Below, one piece after another: positions 38,440 to 50,615 of a stretch of DNA of 64,000 bases. Below the pieces are notes generated by a model. That model saw nothing but the letters and a program-made list of their open reading frames with translations, ran no database searches and was not told the DNA's origin. A program made the translations under genes and the position numbers. Source of the DNA: Candidatus Binatia bacterium (GTDB lineage Bacteria > Desulfobacterota > Binatia > HRBIN30); assembly GCA_038245295.1 (NCBI GenBank), contig JBBRSP010000019.1, forward strand, positions 37,925 through 101,924, written 5' to 3'. Position 1 is the first letter of the stretch. Every line of letters starts with the position of its first letter.

Positions 38440-41097
38440 TTAGACAACAATTTGGTACACCGCCTCGAGCGCTTCGCGCAGTTTGCTCGGATCTTTGCCG
38501 CCGGCCTGGGCCATCTCGGGTTTGCCGCCACCGCCGCCGCCGATGATTGGGGCAATTTGCTTGATCAGGTTGCCGGCCTGGACACGTTTGATCAGGTCCT
38601 TCGTCACCGCGGCCAGAAGCATTGCTCGATCGCCTCGCGCCGTCCCGAGAACAACAACACCGGAGCGCATCTGATCGCGCAGCTTGTCGGCAAGGCCACG
38701 CATACCGTCGTCGTCCAATCCTTCGACCTCCGCGGCGAGAACCTTCATCCCACCGATATCGCGAGCCTGGCTGAGCAGATCGCCGCTTTGTGAGCCAGCA
38801 AGTTTCCCCTGCAAGACCTTGAGCTGTTTCTCCAGGTCGCGCTGCAACGTCACCAGACGGGCGACGCGATCCAACGCCTCGTCGTCACCACCACGCAGAA
38901 GATCGGCAATTTCATGCAGCGTATTCTCGCGCTCCCGGATGAACGACAGCGCTCCGGTTCCGGTAATCGCTTCGATGCGCCGCACTCCGGCGGCCACACC
39001 GGCCTCGCCGCGCAGCTTCAAGATACCGATGTCGCCACTACGATCGATGTGTGTTCCACCACAGAGCTCGGTCGAGAAGTCACCCATGCGCACGACACGC
39101 ACGCGGTCGCCATACTTGTCACCGAAGAAGGCCAGCGCACCGGCCTTGATCGCGTCATCGTAGGCCATCTCTTCGACGCGCACTTCGGCGTTTTCGCGAA
39201 TGTGGGCGTTGGTCTCATCTTCGATCTGGCGCAGCAGATCCTCGGCGACCGGTCCGTTGTTGGTGAAGTCGAAGCGCAGACGCTCGGGGGTGACCAGAGA
39301 GCCGGCCTGACGCACTTCAGACCCAAGATGACGGCGCAGCACGGCGTGCAGAATATGCGTCGCCGAGTGATTCAAGCGGGTCGCGTCGCGCCGGGCCCGG
39401 TCTATCTCGGCGCGAACGCTGCCACCGACGCTGACGGCGCCACGCGCCACCTGGCCGATATGCATGACCAGATTGCCGCCGACTTTCTGCGTGTCGTCGA
39501 TCCGGATGAGATCGCCAGCGGCCGTGCGGATGGTTCCTTGATCGCCGACCTGACCGCCGCTCTCGGCGTAAAAGGGCGTCTCGCGTAGCAGGACTGCGAC
39601 GCGTTCGCCCTCACGCGCCTCCTTCTTCTCGGCGTCGTCCACGAACAGCCCGACGATTTGTGTCGGCACGTCGTAGGTGCGGTCACCAACGAAGGTCGAA
39701 TGGCCGGTCTTGCTGATCTGCGCCCGCAGCTCGCCACTGACTCCGAGCATTTCAATCGACGAAGCGCCACCCTTCTGGGCATCGCGACCGCGCTGCTTCT
39801 GTTCGGCCATGCAGGCATCGAAGCCGACGGTGTCGACGCTGATATCATCGGAGCGCAGGATGTCCTGCGTCATGTCGAGCGGGAAGCCAAACGTGTCGTA
39901 AAGCTTGAACGCCACATCGCCACGCAGAACCTTGGCGCCGCTCGCCTTCAGACCGGTACGTTCTTGCTCGAGCAACGCCAGGCCCTTATCGAGAGTTTCG
40001 CTGAAGCGTTCTTCCTCGGCACGAATCACTTGCTCGATGTGCGCCTGGCGTCCAACGATCTCGGGGAACGCCTTCCCCATGGTTTCGACGATGGGTTGAG
40101 TGACCTGCCAGAGAAAGGGCTCGGTAAACCCGAGTTGGCGAACGTAGCGTGAGGCGCGGCGCAGGACGCGGCGCAGGACATAACCGCGGCCGTCGTTGCT
40201 CGGTTGCACCCCGTCCGCAATGAGGAAGCTGATGGCGCGTGAGTGGTCGGCGATGACGCGGAAGGCAAGATCATCGTCTTCGTTGTCGCCATAACGCTTG
40301 CCGGCGTGTTGCTCGGTGAAACGGATGAGATTGCGGAAGAGGTCGGTATCGTAGTTCGACTTCACGCCCTGCAGCACGGAAGCGATGCGCTCAAGGCCGG
40401 CCCCGGTATCGACGTGTTTGTCGGACAGCTCGTCGAGTCCGCCTTTTTCGTTCCGATTGTATTGGATGAAGACCAGGTTCCACAGCTCCATGAAGCGGGC
40501 GCAGCCGACGTTGACGCCGCACACATGCCCGACCTCGTGTTGCTTGTCGCAGGTACCCGGTCCACGATCGATGTGGATCTCCGAACACGGGCCGCAGGGG
40601 CCGACTTCGCCCATCTCCCAGAAGTTGTCTTTCTCGTCGAACCGCATGATGCGGTCGTGACCAATGTCGGTCTCCGACTTCCACAGCGCCACCGCATCAT
40701 CGTCGGTGCGATAGACGGTGGCGTAGAGATTCTCTTTCGGAAGCTTCCAGACGTCGGTCAGCAGCTCCCAGGCCCAGGCAATCGCTTCCTTCTTGTAGTA
40801 GTCGCCGAACGACCAATTGCCGAGCATCTCGAAGAACGTGTGGTGGTAGCCGTCGCGACCGACCTCTTCGAGATCGTTGTGTTTGCCACTCAAGCGCAGG
40901 CAACGTTGTGAATTGACGGCGCGCGGGATGGCGCGTTTTTCGTTGCCCAAGAAAACGTTCTTGAACTGTACCATGCCGGCGTTGGTGAACATCAACGTCG
41001 GGTCTTTGTCCGGCACCAACGGCGCACTGGGGACGAACTCGTGGCCCCGTTTGAGGAAGAAGTCGATAAATTGCGAACGAATTTCGGCGCCGGTCAT
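38440..41097 (-). CDS. alaS: Alanine--tRNA ligase
   Basis: FTNAGM, HHTFFEMLGN, HSATH, ELCGGTH, GGGK. Confidence 0.98.
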   Translation of the reverse strand: MTGAEIRSQFIDFFLKRGHEFVPSAPLVPDKDPTLMFTNAGMVQFKNVFLGNEKRAIPRAVNSQRCLRLSGKHNDLEEVGRDGYHHTFFEMLGNWSFGDYYKKEAIAWAWELLTDVWKLPKENLYATVYRTDDDAVALWKSETDIGHDRIMRFDEKDNFWEMGEVGPCGPCSEIHIDRGPGTCDKQHEVGHVCGVNVGCARFMELWNLVFIQYNRNEKGGLDELSDKHVDTGAGLERIASVLQGVKSNYDTDLFRNLIRFTEQHAGKRYGDNEDDDLAFRVIADHSRAISFLIADGVQPSNDGRGYVLRRVLRRASRYVRQLGFTEPFLWQVTQPIVETMGKAFPEIVGRQAHIEQVIRAEEERFSETLDKGLALLEQERTGLKASGAKVLRGDVAFKLYDTFGFPLDMTQDILRSDDISVDTVGFDACMAEQKQRGRDAQKGGASSIEMLGVSGELRAQISKTGHSTFVGDRTYDVPTQIVGLFVDDAEKKEAREGERVAVLLRETPFYAESGGQVGDQGTIRTAAGDLIRIDDTQKVGGNLVMHIGQVARGAVSVGGSVRAEIDRARRDATRLNHSATHILHAVLRRHLGSEVRQAGSLVTPERLRFDFTNNGPVAEDLLRQIEDETNAHIRENAEVRVEEMAYDDAIKAGALAFFGDKYGDRVRVVRMGDFSTELCGGTHIDRSGDIGILKLRGEAGVAAGVRRIEAITGTGALSFIRERENTLHEIADLLRGGDDEALDRVARLVTLQRDLEKQLKVLQGKLAGSQSGDLLSQARDIGGMKVLAAEVEGLDDDGMRGLADKLRDQMRSGVVVLGTARGDRAMLLAAVTKDLIKRVQAGNLIKQIAPIIGGGGGGKPEMAQAGGKDPSKLREALEAVYQIVV

Positions 41098-41108
41098 CGG
41101 CGGTGGCT

Positions 41109-41535
41109 TTAGCAGCCTTCCCCGATAATGGCGAGAAGGGTTTCCTCGTCGAATCCACGATTGATGAGGAAGCGCGCCGCGCGGGCGCGATCGCGCGGCG
41201 CATCGATGCCGCGCGGGAATCGTGCCAGCAAGAGCCGCCGGGCGATCGTCTGTTGATCGTCTGGTTCTTCTCGAAGCGTCGCGTCGATCGTCGCGGCGTC
41301 GATACCGCGGCGTTCCAGGTCAGCCCGCAGGCGTAGCGGTCCGTACCCCTGCGCGGTGCGCTTCGCCGCGACGTCCGCCGCGAGTTTGGCGTCGTCGAGA
41401 TATCCAAACGAGTGCAGGCGAACGATCGTCGCTTCGATCAACGCAGCCGGATGTTCGGCCAGCCGCAGCTTCTCACGCAGCTCGCGTTCGCTGTGGCTGC
41501 GACGGGTAAGCCACCGGCTGGCTTGATCGTAGGCC

Positions 41536-41558
<23 letters not shown>
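41109..41558 (-). CDS. recX: Regulatory protein RecX
   Basis: RRSHSERELREKL, GYLDD, RFLINRGF; lies between recA and alaS; start uncertain. Confidence 0.88.
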
Positions 41559-42708
<1,150 letters not shown>

Positions 42709-42774
42709 GGCTGCTACCTCCTGCTTGTGCCGATACCCGACCGTCCGCCACGACGTTCGGGCCAGGCACGCTGC

Positions 42775-43872
42775 TTATCCTGCCGCCCGTGCCCCTTTTT
42801 TCACATCGCCCTTTGCCGCATCGGTCGCCTTTTCGGCCGTTGCTGGTGCTGCCGCTGCCACCGGCTGCCCGGGTGCCGGAAGACCAAACTTGGCGCGCAA
42901 CTTATCCTCGATCAAGCGCGCCATCTCCTTGTGCTCGCGCAAGAACTCCTTGGTGTTTTCACGGCCCTGGCCGATACGTTCGCCATCCATCGAGTACCAG
43001 GCACCGCTCTTGTCGACGATGCCGTTCTCTGAACCCATGTCGACGAGCTCGCCCTCTTTCGAGATGCCGGTGCCGTAGAGAATGTCGAACTCCGCTTCCT
43101 TGAACGGCGGCGCCACCTTGTTCTTGACGACTTTCACCTTCGTCCGACTGCCGATGATCTCTTCACCTTGTTTGATGGCGCCGATACGGCGGATGTCGAG
43201 GCGCACCGTGGCGTAGAACTTCAGGGCGTTACCGCCGGTGGTGGTTTCCGGACTACCGAACATGACGCCGATCTTCATCCGAATCTGGTTGATGAAAATG
43301 ACGATGGTCTTCGAGCGTGAGATCGTGCCGGTCAGCTTGCGCAACGCTTGCGACATGAGGCGCGCCTGCAGACCCATCTGCGGTTCGCCCATCTCCCCTT
43401 CGATTTCGGCGCGCGGCACGAGCGCGGCAACCGAGTCGATGACGAGAACGTCAATCGCGCCGCTGCGAACCAACGTTTCGGCGATCTCCAGTGCTTGCTC
43501 ACCGTGGTCGGGCTGGGAAATGAGCACGTCCTCGATCTTCACACCGAGTTTACGCGCGTAACCAATGTCCAAGGCATGTTCCGCGTCGATGAAGGCACTG
43601 ATGCCGCCGCCCTTCTGTGCCTGGGCAATGACCTGCAGAGCCAGGGTCGTTTTACCCGATGACTCCGGGCCATAGATTTCGATGACGCGGCCGCGCGGGA
43701 GTCCGCCGACACCGAGGGCAATATCGAGGCCGAGAGACCCGGTAGATACGACATCAATATCTGGGATGACGTGTTTCTCGCCCAGTTTCATGATGGCGCC
43801 CTTGCCGAACTGCTTCTCGATCTGACCAAGAGCCAGCTCAAGCGCCCGTTCACGATTCGCATCCATAGTCAT
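42775..43872 (-). CDS. recA: Recombinase A
   Basis: [30 protein letters not shown]. Confidence 0.99.
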   Translation of the reverse strand: MTMDANRERALELALGQIEKQFGKGAIMKLGEKHVIPDIDVVSTGSLGLDIALGVGGLPRGRVIEIYGPESSGKTTLALQVIAQAQKGGGISAFIDAEHALDIGYARKLGVKIEDVLISQPDHGEQALEIAETLVRSGAIDVLVIDSVAALVPRAEIEGEMGEPQMGLQARLMSQALRKLTGTISRSKTIVIFINQIRMKIGVMFGSPETTTGGNALKFYATVRLDIRRIGAIKQGEEIIGSRTKVKVVKNKVAPPFKEAEFDILYGTGISKEGELVDMGSENGIVDKSGAWYSMDGERIGQGRENTKEFLREHKEMARLIEDKLRAKFGLPAPGQPVAAAAPATAEKATDAAKGDVKKGARAAG

Positions 43873-43983
43873 CGGTTGTTCCCTTTCCTCATCATCCCGC
43901 TTCCGCGATGGCAACGGCAACCACTTCCACAGGCCAGCCGCTTTATTTCTACCGTACCAAATTGTCCATAGGCGTCTGCCCAG

Positions 43984-45267
43984 TCACTTCCGGAGAAACC
44001 CCGACTCGGTCGGATTGCCCCCGAGCGCATAGCGCCGCACCCAATCGAGGGCGACCTGCGAGGCCAGAATCTTCACCCAATCACGCGTTCCCCAGAACTG
44101 GTAGCGACGGTGAAAGACCTGGTCTGCGGCGGCCAGGGCGATACACACGGTGCCGACCGGTTTGTCGGCGGTTCCACCGTCTGGTCCGGCGATGCCGGTG
44201 ACGGCGAGACCGAGGTCGCTCCCGAGCACCCGGCGCGCCCCATGTGCCATTTCGACGGCCGTCTCTTCGCTGACGGCACCGTGCTGCTCCAACGTCGCGG
44301 CCTGAACGCCGAGGAGTTGGCGCTTGATCTCGTTCGAATAGGCGATGACGCCGCCGTTGAAGTAGGCGGAGCTGCCGGCCACGTTGGTGATGCGATTGCC
44401 GATCAGCCCGCCGCTACACGACTCGGCCAGCGCCAGACTCAGTTTCTTTTCGAGGAGCAGCTCGCCGACACGGCCTTCCATGGTCGTGTCGCCTTCGCCG
44501 TAGGTGTAGTTGCCGATGCGTTCTCGCAGGCGTGCCGCCAAAGTCGTGAGGCGTGTGGCGGCGAGGGCGGGCGGGCCTTGCACGGTGAGACGCAGCGAAA
44601 TCTGCGGGAACGCGGCGCGGAAAGCGATGCGCCCTTCTTCGTCGGCAACACATCCGGCAACCAGCTCGTCGAGGCCGGATTCGCTGATCCCGAAGGTCTG
44701 GAACGTGTGGCTCAGGTAGACATCGTTGCTGCCGCGGTTCGCTTGCATCCAGGGCAGGATCTGCGTTTCCAGCATCGGTTTCATCTCGCGCGGCACGCCC
44801 GGCAGGACAAACAGGTGGCGCGCCTTTCCGCCGCGTTCGAGATCCAGTCGGAAGCCGGGTGCCGTGCCGAGAGGATTCTCGAGCACCACGGCGCCCTCGG
44901 GGAAGTTCGCTTGCTTGAGGTTGTTCTCCGGCATGACGCGGCCCATTGCTTCGAACATTTGACGAATGCGCTGGGCAACCGACTCGTCGAGAATCAGTTT
45001 GCGCCCGCTGAGTTTGCCGATGGTCTCGGTGGTCAGATCGTCGGCGGTCGGACCAAGCCCGCCCGTCGAGATCACGACATCGGCTTTGGCGAGCGCTTCC
45101 TCCCACGCCCAGGTGATGCGTTCGGGGTAGTCGCCGACGACAAGGATCGCCACAACATCGAACCCGGCGCCAACCAGCTTGTCGGCAATGAAGTTGGCAT
45201 TCGTATCGACAGTTCGGCCGGTCGTCAGCTCATCACCCGTGCTCAGAATCGCCGCCGTTGTGATCAT
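43984..45267 (-). CDS. cinA: Competence/damage-inducible protein CinA
   Basis: GDEL, GGLGPTADD, GVPREM, AESCSGG, TGIAGP. Confidence 0.95.
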   Translation of the reverse strand: MITTAAILSTGDELTTGRTVDTNANFIADKLVGAGFDVVAILVVGDYPERITWAWEEALAKADVVISTGGLGPTADDLTTETIGKLSGRKLILDESVAQRIRQMFEAMGRVMPENNLKQANFPEGAVVLENPLGTAPGFRLDLERGGKARHLFVLPGVPREMKPMLETQILPWMQANRGSNDVYLSHTFQTFGISESGLDELVAGCVADEEGRIAFRAAFPQISLRLTVQGPPALAATRLTTLAARLRERIGNYTYGEGDTTMEGRVGELLLEKKLSLALAESCSGGLIGNRITNVAGSSAYFNGGVIAYSNEIKRQLLGVQAATLEQHGAVSEETAVEMAHGARRVLGSDLGLAVTGIAGPDGGTADKPVGTVCIALAAADQVFHRRYQFWGTRDWVKILASQVALDWVRRYALGGNPTESGFLRK

Positions 45268-45395
45268 GCGAGTATTCTCCTCATCAAACTGTGTGCCGCA
45301 CCGCCATACGCCATGAACTGGCGCAACACGTCGTCGAGTTGGGTCCGTCGCGTACTCAGTGTGAGGAGCGCGAAGTTATCACAGTGAGTCCGCTA

Positions 45396-45863
45396 CTACA
45401 GCGGCAAGCCGACAAAGATCAGGACACGCAGGAGCAGGTTGCTGTAGAGGCCCGACACGACATCGTCGAGTGTAACGCCGAAGCCACCCGGCATGTGTTG
45501 GTCGATGTAGCCGGCGGGAAATGGCTTAATGATGTCGAGGGCGCGGAAGATAAAGAATGCCGCGATGGCATGGCTCCAGGTTGGTTCGAGAAACAGGGTT
45601 GCCGCTAGATAACCAACGACCTCGTCGATGACGATCTTGTGGCTGTCGTGCTCCTGCAAGTAGGCATCGGCGAGACCAGCGAACCAGCATGCCATGAGAA
45701 TGGCGGCAACAACCGTCAAGACGTAGACGACGGGCGACGATTGGCTCAACGGATAGAGGCCGAAGAACAGCGGGATGCCGACCAGGGTGCCGAATGTTCC
45801 GGATGCGACCGGGATGTAGCCGAGGTATCCGACCGAGGCGATAAAGATGACTAGGGCGCGCAT
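45396..45863 (-). CDS. pgpA: Phosphatidylglycerophosphatase A
   Basis: SGTFGT, IVIDEVVG, FRALDIIKP, LDDVV. Confidence 0.95.
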   Translation of the reverse strand: MRALVIFIASVGYLGYIPVASGTFGTLVGIPLFFGLYPLSQSSPVVYVLTVVAAILMACWFAGLADAYLQEHDSHKIVIDEVVGYLAATLFLEPTWSHAIAAFFIFRALDIIKPFPAGYIDQHMPGGFGVTLDDVVSGLYSNLLLRVLIFVGLPL

Positions 45864-45957
45864 GGGCAATCTCTCGAACGCGCGGCGCAGGCTGGGCGGA
45901 GAACAGCGCCTCCCGGAGTCGTGCCTTGCGGCAACGCTTCCAAGAGGCGCTCAGGCA

Positions 45958-46269
45958 TCAGACTTTGCCTTGCAAGAAGAACGTGATGACCAGCGCGTAG
46001 ATCGCCAGAGCTTCCATCATGGCGAGGCCGATGATCATCGGGGTCTGGATACGGTCGGCCGAGTTCGGATTACGGCCGATCGATTCCATCGCCGAAGCGG
46101 CAGCGCGACCTTGACCCATCGCAACGCCGGCAGCGGCGATGCCGATGCCGAGACCGGCTGCCAAAGCGATCATGCCGCCCTGGGGGTTACCCTCCGCCGC
46201 CATCGCGGGGAGAGCGACGAACACCACGGCCAGGAAAGCCATCAAAGGTGCCATCATTCGTGAACGCAT
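45958..46269 (-). CDS. atpE: ATP synthase F0 subunit c
   Basis: GLGIGIAA, RNP, GLAMMEALAIY; AAGGAGG SD. Confidence 0.96.
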   Translation of the reverse strand: MRSRMMAPLMAFLAVVFVALPAMAAEGNPQGGMIALAAGLGIGIAAAGVAMGQGRAAASAMESIGRNPNSADRIQTPMIIGLAMMEALAIYALVITFFLQGKV

Positions 46270-46366
46270 AAATGTCTCCTCCTTTCCTTCGTTTTCAGAG
46301 TTTTCAGCCGCCACGCCTCTCATCCTCTTCCACAGCTCCTCGGCGGCACTACTCTCGAGACCGGAT

Positions 46367-47095
46367 CTAGTGATGCGCCGGTGCGTGCGCATGTTCCTCG
46401 TCGTGGTGATCATGATCGGCGATCGCCAGCGAGAGGTAGACGATGCTCAGGAGCGTGAAGACGAATGCCTGCACAAGCGACACGAACGCTCCGAGCACGT
46501 AGAAAATTACCGGGATGATCAGCTTGGTGAGATCGGTGAAGATTCCGAGGACCAGGTGGTCGCCGGTCATGTTGCCGAACAGACGCAAGCCGAGAGAAAG
46601 CGGACGGATCAAGTTGTCGGCGATTTCCAGCGGCAGCATCAGTGGCGCCAGCCACCAGATCGGACCCATGAAGTGTTTGAGGTAACCGAAGCCCTTCTCC
46701 TTCAAACCGATGCCGAAGTAGAGAATGAAGGAGCAGAAGCCGAGACCAAACGTGACGTTGAAATCATCGGTTGGCGGCGAAAAGCCGGGCAGCAAACCAA
46801 GCAGGTTGGCGCACAGGATAAACAGGAAGAACGTCGCGTAGATATGCAGGTACTTGCGGCCGCCTTTGCCGACGATGCCCTCGATCAATCCGATGAACCA
46901 CTCGACGAAGATCTCCAGGGAATTACGCGCCGTAAGGGTCGCGTCGGGGATCACCGGATCGGCGGCCGCCTGGATCTGGCGGCGCGCTGCCAAGGCCCAC
47001 AGAACGATCAGCACCATCACGATGGTCGCATGAACGGTATGCGTCGGCAGTAGATTGAGGCCTGGAATCAAGTGGACCCACGCAAAATGCTCCAC
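46367..47095 (-). CDS. atpB: ATP synthase F0 subunit a
   Basis: NLLGLLPG, RPLSLGLRLFGN, QAFVF. Confidence 0.96.
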   Translation of the reverse strand: MEHFAWVHLIPGLNLLPTHTVHATIVMVLIVLWALAARRQIQAAADPVIPDATLTARNSLEIFVEWFIGLIEGIVGKGGRKYLHIYATFFLFILCANLLGLLPGFSPPTDDFNVTFGLGFCSFILYFGIGLKEKGFGYLKHFMGPIWWLAPLMLPLEIADNLIRPLSLGLRLFGNMTGDHLVLGIFTDLTKLIIPVIFYVLGAFVSLVQAFVFTLLSIVYLSLAIADHDHHDEEHAHAPAHH

Positions 47096-47097
47096 GG

Positions 47098-47478
47098 CTA
47101 CTGTGCCCCTTTCATTGCCGTATCGGCGCGGATCGCCTCGGCAACACACGCAACGGTCAACAGCGTGGCTCCGAAGGCGAAGCTCATGCCTTCGATCGGA
47201 AGGCGCTTGAACATGCCAACGAGCAGCGCCAGGAAGATTGCGAACTTGATCACCAGGGCGGCAACACCGAGTCCGGCACGACCACGCTTTTCCGGTTTCT
47301 GCGCCGCCGACACCAACATGCCGGTGATGAAACGCAACAGAACGAAATTGGCCGCCATGACAGCTCCACCGAGAACGACACTCGCGGCCTCGCCCCAGTG
47401 GGTTGCATACGCAACTCCGCCGCTGGCACCAACGAGCCCAACGTGGAGCTTGCCAATTCGGTCCAGATCAACTGCCAT
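47098..47478 (-). CDS. atpI: ATP synthase protein I-like membrane protein
   Basis: Four hydrophobic segments directly upstream of atpB. Confidence 0.75.
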   Translation of the reverse strand: MAVDLDRIGKLHVGLVGASGGVAYATHWGEAASVVLGGAVMAANFVLLRFITGMLVSAAQKPEKRGRAGLGVAALVIKFAIFLALLVGMFKRLPIEGMSFAFGATLLTVACVAEAIRADTAMKGAQ

Positions 47479-47677
47479 GAGTGGGCGGTGAGTTAGACTG
47501 CTTGAGGGTCCAAAGCAAGCGGTACATGGCTCCAGCCATGCCCCCAAGAGTCAGGACAAGAGTGAACAAGGGGGCGGTTCCCGCGTATTGGTCGGCGTAG
47601 TAGCCGGCCATTACGCCGGCGACTACCGTGGTGGCGAATTCGACACCCACCGCGAGGAGTCGACCCGCCGCACCCAA
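47468..47677 (-). CDS. AtpZ/AtpI family small membrane protein
   Basis: G..AGYYAD..AGTAP motif; first atp gene; start uncertain. Confidence 0.75.
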   Translation of the reverse strand: MGAAGRLLAVGVEFATTVVAGVMAGYYADQYAGTAPLFTLVLTLGGMAGAMYRLLWTLKQSNSPPTHGS

Positions 47678-47717
47678 TTGCTTTTGGTTCAGCTCCGTGG
47701 GTTCCCCCTACTGTTCC

Positions 47718-49010
47718 TCAGTTGACCGGCAGGGTCGACACGACTTCGCGGGCGGCGGCGATGGTTGCGTCGATATCTGCCTCGCTATGCGCCAATGAGA
47801 TGAACGCCGCCTCGAATTGGGACGGCGGCAAGTAAATCCCGCGCTCGAGCATGCCGCGGAACCAGGCGGCAAAGATGTCCGTATTCGTCTGGCGCGCATC
47901 GTTGGCGTTGCGCACCGCCGGCGTCCCAAAGAACAGCGTCCACATCGACCCAACCCGGTTCAAACACCACGTGCCCGAGTAGTCACGCAACACCTCACGC
48001 AGCCCTGTGTCCAGTTGCGCGCCCAGCTCTTCCAGCCGCGCATAGGTGTGGGGGTTGTTGATAAGGTTCAGCGTTTTCATTCCGGCGGCGATGGCGAGCG
48101 GGTTACCAGACAGTGTCCCCGCCTGGTAGACAGCACCGAGGGGCGCCAGGTTTTCCATCAGGTGTCGTTTGCCACCAAAGGCCGCCAACGGCAGTCCACC
48201 GCCGACAATTTTGCCCAGGCAGGTCAGGTCCGGAACGATCCCGAAACGCTCCTGCGCGCCGCCGTAAGCGAGTCTGAATCCGGTCATCACTTCATCGAAG
48301 ATCAACACGGTGCCAGCCCGCTCGGTCAACGCCCGCAGTTCTTCCAAGAATCCTGAAGCAGGCGGGATGACCCCCATATTTCCAACTACGGGCTCGACGA
48401 TGAGCGCCGCGATGTTGCGTTCTTCGGCGGCGAAGTAGCGGCGTACTTGTTCGATATCGTTGAAGTCGGCGATCAACGTTTGACTGGCCAGACTTTCCGG
48501 GATGCCGGCGCTATCCGGTACTCCAAACGTTGCGGCACCGGATCCGGCTCGCACCAACAACGAATCGACGTGGCCGTGGTAACAACCGTCGAACTTCAAG
48601 ATCTTGGTCCGCCCGGTAGCGCCGCGGGCCAGCCGAATGGCTGCCATGGTGGATTCGGTGCCCGAGCTGACGAGCCGCACCATTTCCATCGACGGTAGTG
48701 CGTTGATGAGCACCTCGGCCATTTCGACTTCCCGTGGTGTCGGAGCGCCGAAACTCGTTCCGTCCTTCATGGTGTCGTGGATTGCCGACAAAACCTTCGG
48801 ATGCGCGTGTCCGAGGATCATCGGACCCCACGAGCCAACGTAGTCGATGTAAACCCGGCCATCGACATCCCACAGACTGGCGCCGCGGGCTCGTTGGACG
48901 AAGATCGGGTCGCCGCCCACCGCCCGCCAGGCGCGAACCGGACTGTTGACGCCCCCCGGGATATGCTGCACTGCCCGGGCAAACAGTTGCTGTGAAATTG
49001 ACTTCTTCAT
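47718..49010 (-). CDS. hemL: Glutamate-1-semialdehyde 2,1-aminomutase
   Basis: PGGVNSPVR, GCYHGH, FDEVMTGFR, LGKIVGGG. Confidence 0.97.
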   Translation of the reverse strand: MKKSISQQLFARAVQHIPGGVNSPVRAWRAVGGDPIFVQRARGASLWDVDGRVYIDYVGSWGPMILGHAHPKVLSAIHDTMKDGTSFGAPTPREVEMAEVLINALPSMEMVRLVSSGTESTMAAIRLARGATGRTKILKFDGCYHGHVDSLLVRAGSGAATFGVPDSAGIPESLASQTLIADFNDIEQVRRYFAAEERNIAALIVEPVVGNMGVIPPASGFLEELRALTERAGTVLIFDEVMTGFRLAYGGAQERFGIVPDLTCLGKIVGGGLPLAAFGGKRHLMENLAPLGAVYQAGTLSGNPLAIAAGMKTLNLINNPHTYARLEELGAQLDTGLREVLRDYSGTWCLNRVGSMWTLFFGTPAVRNANDARQTNTDIFAAWFRGMLERGIYLPPSQFEAAFISLAHSEADIDATIAAAREVVSTLPVN

Positions 49011-49184
49011 GGTCAGTCGGTCGCGGCTACCACCCGCCTTTGGAGCAGTCAAGCAGCCTCCGGCTCGCTTGCGCCTTCATGCCAAACGGGCTATTTGCCG
49101 CGCGCTGTGCGTCCGCCCAGCAGTAAGCCTTCAGAGCCTTAATCGGGCATCGGCCAAAAAAGATCTCTGCGGGCGCCGATGGGC

Positions 49185-49272
49185 TGTGGAAAACCTGTTG
49201 ACTTTATTGTGAGTTTTTGAGGTATCTCTTTATTTTCTCAGGCTATTTTTTATAGCTGTGGGCTGTGGATAA
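49185..49272. promoter_or_regulatory. dnaA promoter / oriC1 with DnaA boxes and T-rich tract
   Basis: TGTGGAAAA 49185-49193; perfect TGTGGATAA 49264-49272. Confidence 0.8.
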
Positions 49273-49286
49273 GAAGTCGCCGTGAA

Positions 49287-50615
49287 ATGAAGGAAACGTG
49301 GAACGAAGCCCTCGCTACCCTGCAGCAGCAGATTGAACCGGCGGATTACGAGACGTTCATCCGACCGCTACGACCGCTTGCCTGGCGTGAGCGCAACCTC
49401 CTGGTTGAAGCGCCGACCGGGCCGGCAGCAAGCTTCATTTCTGACCGCTACCTGAAGCAGATTGAAGAAGTCGTGTCACAGCAGGCTGGCCATGCCGTCC
49501 GCGTCATCTTGCAGCCGCCAGCGGCGGTTCAGCAAGAGTTGTTTCCTCCTCCTCCGGCCGCTCCATCGGTGTCCCGTCCAAAGCGGCACGCCACACTGAT
49601 TCCAAAATACACGTTTGAAACCTTCGTCGTCGGCGCGAGTAATCAATTCGCCCACGCCGCGGCGAAGGCAGTCGCCAATCTTCCCGGCAACCACTACAAC
49701 CCACTGTTCATCTACGGGGGTGCTGGCCTGGGGAAGACCCACCTGGTTAACGCCATCGGACACCACATTCTTGCTCAGGACCCATCCAAGCGGATCGCCT
49801 ACCTCTCCGCGGAGAGTTTCATGAGCGAGTTGATCAACTCGATTCGCACCGACCGGATGGAGGAGTTCAAGGCGCGCTTTCGCAAAGTGGACACGTTGAT
49901 CCTTGACGATGCGCAGTTGCTTGCCGGGCGCGAACGGACCCAGGAAGAGTTCTTCCATACGTTCAACTCGCTGTATGAAAATCGCCGTCAAATCATTTTG
50001 ACGTCAGACAAGTTTCCCAAGGAAATTCCTGATCTCGAGGAACGGTTGCGCAACCGATTCGAGTGGGGCTTAATCGCCGATATTCAGCTCCCGGATGTTG
50101 AAACGCGCGTTGCAATTCTGGAAAAGAAGTCTGAAGTCGAGGGTATCGACTTGCCGCACGACGTGGCACTGTTCATTGCCACCCAGATCGATTCGAACGT
50201 CCGTGAGCTCGAAGGCTCGCTTACACGCCTCGGAGCCGTGGCTTCCCTTCAGAAGGCGGACATTACGGTCGACTTAGCTCGCCAAGTCCTACAAACCTTG
50301 GTTCGCAACCGCGCGGCAACAATCACGATCGATACGATCCAAAAGGCTGTTTGCGATTTCTTCCGGGTTCGACCGGCCGATCTACGTTCTAAGAAACGCA
50401 CCCGAACGATATCTGTACCTCGCCAGGTGGCGATGTTTTTGTGTCGCCACTACACCAACGCCTCGTATCCAGCGATCGGCGATCGGTTTGGAGGCCGCGA
50501 CCATTCGACCGTCATTCACGCAACGCAGGTGGTTGACCAGAGAATCAAAGACGACGCGCTATTTCGTGCCACGATCGATAAGTTGAAACAGGGTCTGGAG
50601 ACGAGCGGGGGATAA
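49287..50615 (+). CDS. dnaA: Chromosomal replication initiator
   Basis: YNPLFIYGGAGLGKTHL, QEEFFHTFN, RELEG, GGRDHSTV. Confidence 0.99.
   Translation: MKETWNEALATLQQQIEPADYETFIRPLRPLAWRERNLLVEAPTGPAASFISDRYLKQIEEVVSQQAGHAVRVILQPPAAVQQELFPPPPAAPSVSRPKRHATLIPKYTFETFVVGASNQFAHAAAKAVANLPGNHYNPLFIYGGAGLGKTHLVNAIGHHILAQDPSKRIAYLSAESFMSELINSIRTDRMEEFKARFRKVDTLILDDAQLLAGRERTQEEFFHTFNSLYENRRQIILTSDKFPKEIPDLEERLRNRFEWGLIADIQLPDVETRVAILEKKSEVEGIDLPHDVALFIATQIDSNVRELEGSLTRLGAVASLQKADITVDLARQVLQTLVRNRAATITIDTIQKAVCDFFRVRPADLRSKKRTRTISVPRQVAMFLCRHYTNASYPAIGDRFGGRDHSTVIHATQVVDQRIKDDALFRATIDKLKQGLETSGG

Noticed and set aside
45958..46269. Na+-coupled ATP synthase
   Set aside because: Subunit c has E-A-L rather than the E-S/T Na+-binding signature
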